The translations under genes were made by a program, and so were the position numbers. Under the pieces are notes generated by a model, which worked only from the letters and a program-made list of their open reading frames with translations, did not search any database and was not told the origin of the DNA. Below, piece after piece: positions 59,001 to 64,000 of a stretch of DNA of 64,000 nucleotides. The DNA is from Rubripirellula sp. (lineage in GTDB: Bacteria > Planctomycetota > Planctomycetia > Pirellulales > Pirellulaceae). The stretch is from positions 27,440-91,439 of the forward strand of contig JARGNK010000009.1 in assembly GCA_029213145.1 (NCBI GenBank). Direction: 5' to 3'. Every line of letters begins with the position of its first letter. Positions within the stretch are counted from its first letter, which is position 1.

Positions 59001-62000
59001 ACCATCGACCGAATCACCCGCCATGCCGACTGAGATGTAATCGTCTCCGTAACCTCCGAAGATTGAATCAGCTGCGCCGTCGACTGCGGTGGAACCGATA
59101 ATTGTGTCATTTCCGGAACCGCCATCGAGAGATTCATTCCCCTCGCTATTCCCGACAATGCGGTCATCGCCGTCGCCACCGCTGACAGTATCACCACTTC
59201 CGCCGGCGACAATACTATCGTTGCCGGGGCCACCGAAAAGTGAATCGTTGCCGTCTCCACCAACCAAACTATCATCGCCCGAGCCACCATCGATCGACTC
59301 TCTCCCCAACCCACCGCTGACGATCGAGTCATTCCCGCTACCACCAAACAGGCTGTCGCCGACTCCACCACCACTGGTAATCGTGTCATTCCCATCGCCA
59401 CCGACGACCGAGTCATTGTCGCCGCCACCACTAGTGATCAAATCATCGCCGGTGCCGCCGTCGATTGAGTCGTTACCGCCCGGGCCACCAAAAATACTGT
59501 CCGATCCTTCTCCACCCAGCACGGTATCGAAACCGCCACTGGTAACAATTCTGTCGTCACCGCCGCCGCCAAACAGTTGATTGGAAGCATCGCTGCTGAC
59601 CAAAAAGTCTTTAAAATTCGAACCAATGACGTTTTCGAATTCCCCTTCCAACGCGATGCTGCCAGTGGAATGAACCGTTTGTGGAACACCATTGTCGATG
59701 CGCAAGTCCAGTGTGATTCCATCAACCTCCCCAGAGCCTTGGGAGACACCACTAAAGTTCAGCGTGTCGGTTCCACCACCATCCTTGATGACTTTGTCGC
59801 TGAAACTCCTGAAGAATAGAACATCATCCCCGGCCCCAGAATCGATTGTGTCATCCCCACTAACGCTGACGATGGAATCACTACCATCACCCGTGACAAT
59901 TGAATCTTGGCCACCTCCGGTGATCACAACATCATCCCCGGACCCAGATAAAAACGTGTCATCCCCTTCACCAAGATCCGTTTCGACGTTGGTGCTCGAT
60001 TGCACGTCAACCGAATCAGAACCGCCGCCCGTCGCAAGCAGGATCCGATCGAATTGCCCCGCCACAGTCGTTGACTTACTTACGCCTCCAGTCGTCTCCG
60101 ATAGCACGACCCCGTCCGGCGTCTCGGTGATTTGCACACTGTTATCGTTCTCATCAAGCACAAAGTACTCGACGGTGCTCGTGCCTTCGCCGCCATCGTC
60201 ATCGACCGTTCGAATGGAAACATTCAAACTTCCCGTTGGCTTGGGGAAGGTGATCGATGGTATCGCTTGCCCTCCGGACACCCTTCCGCTGGCGTACAGC
60301 GCTCCATCGATGACCCACTCATATGACTGCGTGTCGAGAATCCCGAGATCAAGCAAATCTGCGCGGAGTGTGACATCCGTTCCATCGTCACCATCGTGCC
60401 GAATCGCGACTTCGGGAGCATAATTGGGCACCTCCACCGGAATCACAATACTGCTGGTATCGATCCCGTCAAACACAGAGATGGTAACGAAGTAGCGATC
60501 GTCTCCGCCGTCTGGATCATCCAGATAAACGTGCTGCACATCTGCAAAAGTTCGTGCTGATTGTTCGACCTCGATCGTTGTCACCGTCTCGTCGCCAAAG
60601 TCGAAGGTAATCTGATGCTGATCAGACAAACCGGCATCAGAAAAGATTCCAGCGAACGATAAAACGACTCCCTCGGAGACCGCGATTCCGGCGGAGGACA
60701 AACTGATATCCTCGGCAAGGATGACAGGGGCGGCATTCGCAACGGGCAACATCGCCAAGACAGTGGTCGAAGCGTTTCCATCATCGGTAACGGTCAGGCG
60801 AACGTCATAGTTTCCGTCATCCACGGGAACAAAATCGAGGTAAGAATCAGTTCCGGTAAACAACGAGGTTTCACCCTGACTGACTTCCCATAAGAAAGTC
60901 AGGGCATCACCACCCGGATCGAATGCTGTCAAGTTCAATCGGGCTTCATCTCCCTCAACAACATTTTCTGGCAACACGATCGTTGCCGTGGGAGCGATGT
61001 TCAGCACTTCTGCGAAAACTTGATCTTCACTGATTCCACCGTCGTCATCACTCAGGGCAACCTGAATCTCGAAATCACCATCGTCGGCATATCGATGCGG
61101 GACTTCGAAAACCCGATCTCCCTCCGAAATGCCGACAACCTCCATCGGACTGCCGTCTCCCCAGTCAATGACCGCGACGTGCTGATCATTGATGCCAGGA
61201 TCGGTGAATTCAACTCGGAGCGTCGTTTCCTCGCCTTCACCAATTGAATCATCCGTCAATTCCAACAGACTAAATGATGGCGCGACATTGTTTACAGTCA
61301 GAAAGACGGATGCACTTCCGGCAGAGACCGCGTCTGTCGCGGTGACAACGATTTCATAGACATCAAATTCACTTTGCGTCGGATCATCATCCACAAACTG
61401 GTGGGAACCAACGAAGCCGACGGTATCAACATCAAGCTCCTCGTTACCATCCACCGTCGTATCGCCCCAACTGATCGTGACAGCGGGAACACCCCCAATC
61501 AAATTCGCAAACTTTCCGGTAAGAAAGATTTCTTGACCTTCATCAATCTCGCTAACTTGCTCACCATAAGTGGCTTCTTCAGACCCAGGATCGACGAGCG
61601 TTGTAAGCAACGTACTTTCATCTAGGACCGCCGTTCCATCAAGCAGCGACTCCACCGACAATGAAAACTCCGAGGTGCTTCCGTTGACCGCGGTAGCAGT
61701 CACCGAAACAAATTCACCATCGATCGTGTAGCCTAGGTCCTCGACCAAAAAATTCGCCGTTCCACTTTCGTCCGTCGTGACGCTGGTGGAACCGAGGTAG
61801 CGTTTTCCTTCACCGTACCCGCTCGGATCAGGCTCCTCACTGGCGTAAAAATCGAGATCAAACTCACCTGCAGAACTTTGCAAGACACCGCTTACGGTGG
61901 TGGAACTCCCAGCGACTGCCGTGGAGAGCAACGGGTAATTTTGAATGCCATCTTCTTCGGCCGAGTCATTAGGAGTGACCATCGATTCACCCCCAAAACC

Positions 62001-64000
62001 AATATCAATGCCCAGTCCAAGGTTGCTGTGGACACTGTTACCACGGAAGACGGTGTTGGCTTGCGGATCACTGACGCGTAATCCGATTTGATTGAACGCG
62101 AGTACGTTTCCTTGACCTTCTTCAACACCGCCGACAACTATATCGCCGCGGGAATCAACCCCAAACCCAATGTTGCCGAGCCCACTCAAACCAGCTTGAT
62201 TCGATCCAATCCAATTCGATTGGATCGTCACTGTGCTGTCATTGGCAAGCGTGCCAACCACGACGCCGTCCTCATTCGCGGCGATAACGTTCCCACCGGA
62301 TGTTCCCCCAATTAGATTGGACCCGGCACCATTATCGACCCGCACTCCAGCGCCAAGATTCCCAAGCGCAACCGTGCCGCTTAACTCGGTGCCAATCAAG
62401 TTGGCTCGCACCATATTTTGTTGCGTGCCTTCACCTCCAATATAAATCCCGTCTGACAAATTCCCCGAAACGACATTTCGAAACGCAGTTGAATTTACGC
62501 TACCGATCGGCGCACCGATTATGTTGCCGGATGAACCCGCAACGATTTCGATTCCGCTCCCTTCATTCGGCAGCGCAGTACCACCCGTGGTATCGGTACC
62601 GACCAAATTGCCGGCGACATGGTTTTGATCTGAACCGTCTGTGATCAAAATACCGGCCAGTAGATTCCCTGAAATGACATTGCGTTCCACCCCGTCTCGA
62701 ACGCCGTTACCATCGGTACCAATAAGATTGGTGAGGGAACCCCCGCTCAGTGAAATTCCATAGCCATTACTCGCGGCATTCACACCCGATGCGTCGGTGC
62801 CGATCAGGTTCCCCGCAACAGTATTCGACGTAGCTTCGTCGAGTAAGACACCCGCGTCGGTGAAACCACCAACAACGTTGGCCTCTGCCTGATCACCTTG
62901 ACCATCACTATTGGTGCCAACCGTATTGTTGTGAGCACCTCCAGACAGCACGACACCATACTTCCCATCGGTTAAGACCGAAGTCCCGTCCGCCGCCAGA
63001 CCCAAATAGTTACCCGCCACCACATTGTCTGCGACATTCTCGCCACTCAGCTCGATCGCGGCTCCAACTCCTTCCAGATGCCATCCGGAGATAACGTTCC
63101 GTTCGGCCGTATCGGAAATCCCATTGCCGTCCGTTCCAATCAAGTTAGCTTGCGACTCACCGACCAGAAGGATGCCGGTACCTTGATAGCCAAGCTGCTG
63201 TTGACCAGACGAATCGGTACCAATCAAATTGCCAGAGATTCGACTGGCACTACTGCTGCCGGCCAACACGATTCCAGCATCCGCGTTACCAGAGATGATA
63301 TTTCCTTCAACAAGATCATCTGTTCCGTCGCCATCGGTTCCGATGATGGTGTTGGACGTGCTGGCGATCCAGATCCCGACGATGTTGGGCACTTCGATCA
63401 GGGGATCATTACCGAATCCAATCTGATTCGACGCGATCCAATTGCCTGGACCTGCATTGAGGATGCGAATCCCATCGCTATTTCCGCCGATGATGTTGCG
63501 TTGGCTCTGATCGCCCCCAATCTGATTCCTTTCAGACGTGGTGTTTAGAATCTCGATCCCCGAGTTGGTGTTACCAACAAACTGAATCCCTTGTGCATCG
63601 GTACCGATGTAATTACCAGCGATCAAGTTATCGCTGGTGTCAACCAAGCTGATACCCGACAGCAAATTGCCGGAAATCACGTTACGTTGACTTGGATCTT
63701 CGCCACCGATTTGGTTGCCATCGGCATCGACGATGGCAATCCCGTGCCCGTCGTTTGGTTGCGAATTCAGACCGCTGGAATCTAAACCGATACGATTCCC
63801 TTGAATCACGGCATTCCCTGCTCCGGCAACGAAAATGCCATGACTAGTGTTTCCCGCTATACGATTGTCGAGGATCGTTGAAATCGCATCGAGCGAATAG
63901 ACGCCAATCCCGTTTCCAACAATGGCGTTGCTATGGATCGTGACATCATCCAAGACGTTCACGTCGATCCCTTTAACGGTGTTACCTTCGATGATATTTC
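53049..64000 (-). CDS. Giant repetitive surface protein (beta-helix, PKD-like, RTX Ca-binding, metzincin, PPC, cadherin-like, SdrD-B-like), 5'-truncated
   Basis: The frame stays open to the window edge (NIIEGNTVKGIDV precedes the ORF-track start). GN.IGTD..G/RNVISGN repeats run to ~62000, PKD-like repeats ~61600-60100 and GGxG(N/D)D repeats ~60030-56820. HELGHTYGLRH lies at 56418-56450, followed by PPC, cadherin/PKD and SdrD-B-like segments. Confidence 0.9.
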   Translation of the reverse strand, partial: NIIEGNTVKGIDVNVLDDVTIHSNAIVGNGIGVYSLDAISTILDNRIAGNTSHGIFVAGAGNAVIQGNRIGLDSSGLNSQPNDGHGIAIVDADGNQIGGEDPSQRNVISGNLLSGISLVDTSDNLIAGNYIGTDAQGIQFVGNTNSGIEILNTTSERNQIGGDQSQRNIIGGNSDGIRILNAGPGNWIASNQIGFGNDPLIEVPNIVGIWIASTSNTIIGTDGDGTDDLVEGNIISGNADAGIVLAGSSSASRISGNLIGTDSSGQQQLGYQGTGILLVGESQANLIGTDGNGISDTAERNVISGWHLEGVGAAIELSGENVADNVVAGNYLGLAADGTSVLTDGKYGVVLSGGAHNNTVGTNSDGQGDQAEANVVGGFTDAGVLLDEATSNTVAGNLIGTDASGVNAASNGYGISLSGGSLTNLIGTDGNGVRDGVERNVISGNLLAGILITDGSDQNHVAGNLVGTDTTGGTALPNEGSGIEIVAGSSGNIIGAPIGSVNSTAFRNVVSGNLSDGIYIGGEGTQQNMVRANLIGTELSGTVALGNLGAGVRVDNGAGSNLIGGTSGGNVIAANEDGVVVGTLANDSTVTIQSNWIGSNQAGLSGLGNIGFGVDSRGDIVVGGVEEGQGNVLAFNQIGLRVSDPQANTVFRGNSVHSNLGLGIDIGFGGESMVTPNDSAEEDGIQNYPLLSTAVAGSSTTVSGVLQSSAGEFDLDFYASEEPDPSGYGEGKRYLGSTSVTTDESGTANFLVEDLGYTIDGEFVSVTATAVNGSTSEFSLSVESLLDGTAVLDESTLLTTLVDPGSEEATYGEQVSEIDEGQEIFLTGKFANLIGGVPAVTISWGDTTVDGNEELDVDTVGFVGSHQFVDDDPTQSEFDVYEIVVTATDAVSAGSASVFLTVNNVAPSFSLLELTDDSIGEGEETTLRVEFTDPGINDQHVAVIDWGDGSPMEVVGISEGDRVFEVPHRYADDGDFEIQVALSDDDGGISEDQVFAEVLNIAPTATIVLPENVVEGDEARLNLTAFDPGGDALTFLWEVSQGETSLFTGTDSYLDFVPVDDGNYDVRLTVTDDGNASTTVLAMLPVANAAPVILAEDISLSSAGIAVSEGVVLSFAGIFSDAGLSDQHQITFDFGDETVTTIEVEQSARTFADVQHVYLDDPDGGDDRYFVTISVFDGIDTSSIVIPVEVPNYAPEVAIRHDGDDGTDVTLRADLLDLGILDTQSYEWVIDGALYASGRVSGGQAIPSITFPKPTGSLNVSIRTVDDDGGEGTSTVEYFVLDENDNSVQITETPDGVVLSETTGGVSKSTTVAGQFDRILLATGGGSDSVDVQSSTNVETDLGEGDDTFLSGSGDDVVITGGGQDSIVTGDGSDSIVSVSGDDTIDSGAGDDVLFFRSFSDKVIKDGGGTDTLNFSGVSQGSGEVDGITLDLRIDNGVPQTVHSTGSIALEGEFENVIGSNFKDFLVSSDASNQLFGGGGDDRIVTSGGFDTVLGGEGSDSIFGGPGGNDSIDGGTGDDLITSGGGDNDSVVGGDGNDTITSGGGVGDSLFGGSGNDSIVSGGLGRESIDGGSGDDSLVGGDGNDSLFGGPGNDSIVAGGSGDTVSGGDGDDRIVGNSEGNESLDGGSGNDTIIGSTAVDGAADSIFGGYGDDYISVGMAGDSVDGGDGNDSIFGGLGSESIVGGLGDDTISAGADGKDTIFGGPGNDIIQAVGGAGAGTVDGGEGDDSITLGSGGEQSVTGGNGDDTIASGGSKDSIFGGPGNDSIISSGGNEVVDGGDGDDAIVGGSKGATSLQGGAGDDTITSTAGDSDSIFGGPGNDSIVSGGKGDTVHAGDGNDSIVGGDGGSEVIDGGAGDDSIFGGPGLNDSLVGGSGNDTIVGGGKPVADGTGGGDSILGGDGNDSIFGGPAGNDSIDGGAGDDTIKGIGGGGDSVFGGSGDDLIEGSSVDSDTLRGGSGHDTIFGTGTRDLVDGGEGDDLIVAVGTSTLTVPRGTIFGGPGNDSIQAGDGVDFIEAGDGDDSISGGLSGSESIDGGDGNDTIVSGPGNHDSIFGGGGNDSITGQGKNDTVDGGDGNDSIFGGNGGNASIGGGLGDDTIISEGSRDTVFGGDGDDSLRATLGGEVSLLGGNGDDSVFGGPGNDDSISGGDGNDTLGGGGGLRDSVFGGSGNDLIIVSEQASGLKVYGDSAVAGTTAMDMVLFESDADVITAATDASDNLSTISKDGVVVATLADVAEVALIGGDGPNRLDATGFQGNSGLVGNGGNDTLLGGSGNDTLEGGQGDDSLVGGGGDDTYLYAGTVNESLGLDEIDELADESADTLDFYGLDTGVTVDLRLTTRQTVSENLDLQFSSDTSLENVIGTTYSDVLIGNSRDSRLVGGAGADTLVGGGGNDDLSAARTKFVYLDFDSQTDPGDHVYTADEIAGIQQRMQEDFSQFDVEISLEKPIDEAFITIYFNSPPTVNGISFSGGVADRIGWRDVTRGGSVQVDVNGFLGDQPNQLPGTPENFVSLSSTIAAHELGHTYGLRHHDAFGNPGEGVFSGLGAAAFAPSYEGFLPATADETANHLLASPASVRTTINDALQNPYFGPREALKLAFFETGFTVSESSDAQKTDSLTVNGVAHAVQALGDLQSLSVPNTNTNLATGHYGASAVNVTGSIKTVNGKSENDLYSFTAAKDDIITFEVYSVSLRTRIPNQIDSLLRVYDSLGNKVDYYGSPFGAFNDDGFEPTDSILLDVQFPEAGTYYVEVDTFNFGIEEFPDYVPDFDAAAFCSNVTGGDIRCDDTDTGDYELLIYRFDSQMSSESLVDVIIPGDGADTIRRSSGKTLVVASDATDDTFQGPAGLFEEVLNKVPNLSVVASVTVDEGETLSLVATATDDLLDSVTYSLEAIDGSPHGIAGLSIDPQDGSIVWLTSDDADVDVQVVATDLSGARATSLLSIEVKNVDPAFDLGNDVTLGDDSSPVAGVATLKRGPVSFQDPGDDQFTAVVNFGDGSGESTLVIDQNERSFELNHDYNRDGVYTVSVKVMDDDGGSMTDTFVVTIEGLNTPPVAKAGGPYTVAEDGAVELDASLSTDEQQSTEDLTFQWDLDGDNIFGETGLDALRGDEVGMKPAFNAVGLDGPLQTPWKVALKVTDGSEATSDALAEIGVENVAPVISEIKISDSNPLVEGTLIEVSGVATDVAADQAGLVFGWRVNKSADPDAEAVEFATGAGANWDFTPDDNATYKIFLTVTDDDGGSSTSDRSVTVGNASPVADDLIVSLVENPEAGATVGGVTATDPGNDAIQFGIVDSTEDGPFAIDPDSGLITVLNPELVDFEQTQTFSLLVRATDKDGASDDSEVTVHVVNLPSVDGAVYVDIDKDGEMQANEPGIDFVTIELQDANGQPVLDAHGDAITSLTSDGGLYLFEDLEPGEYRIIQQQPSGITDGSEMLGSLGGTLVANDTMQIKLQATDAHDYMFAEIGGDVERGEAASIGFWRGKKGRALMKAGGEDLAKWLSSSFSNIFGDALEGKSDKQLVTFYRKHFFYHKSKKSKGSGKLDARFMATAFNVYFTNRNLGGDLGEKYKFDVSETGLGVRIINVGCNGKAFGVADGTDMTVMQILLATNSLTDQADEDKGFTSIYDRNGDGKIDQDEAELRKMAKSVYRSIRRN

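Noticed and set aside
57146-60423. Multiple Ser/Pro-rich plus-strand ORFs of 70-240 aa
   Set aside because: They are antisense shadows of the Gly/Asp RTX codons of the giant gene.

Overview
The window looks like Planctomycetota DNA, probably Pirellulaceae-like; this is inferred from gene families, not a database hit. I found no rRNA, canonical tRNA, CRISPR array, integrase or transposase. From left to right it holds: the 3' part of a PepX/CocE-type peptidase, a stand-alone threonine synthase, a DUF2891-like protein and a small secreted Gly/Tyr/His-rich protein. Next is a ~19-kb, almost entirely minus-strand cluster: double sulfatase, BNR-4-like protein, beta-propeller, esterase, [di-CxxCH DUF1592-type + DUF1552], SGNH-like protein, [di-CxxCH DUF1588-type + DUF1552] and PQQ-like propeller, interrupted by a decayed aat gene. 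A third DUF1588/DUF1552 pair follows, bracketed by tandem repeats, then a Ser/Thr kinase-TPR gene broken at an A7 run. A plus-strand run follows: propeller-GDPD fusion, DUF2809, YdjY-like, DUF6288-like, FG-GAP/PQQ fusion and arylsulfatase. After that come an ABC-permease remnant, rfbC-rfbD plus a GT-A-like protein, a second kinase-TPR, and the 3' 11 kb of a giant (>3,600 aa) beta-helix/PKD/RTX/metzincin/cadherin surface protein. The best candidates for undescribed systems are (i) the exported di-heme + His-rich DUF1552 modules embedded among sulfatases and esterases, and (ii) the giant protein-kinase-rhamnose/GT locus. Pfam/DUF names come from motif recognition and need HMM confirmation.
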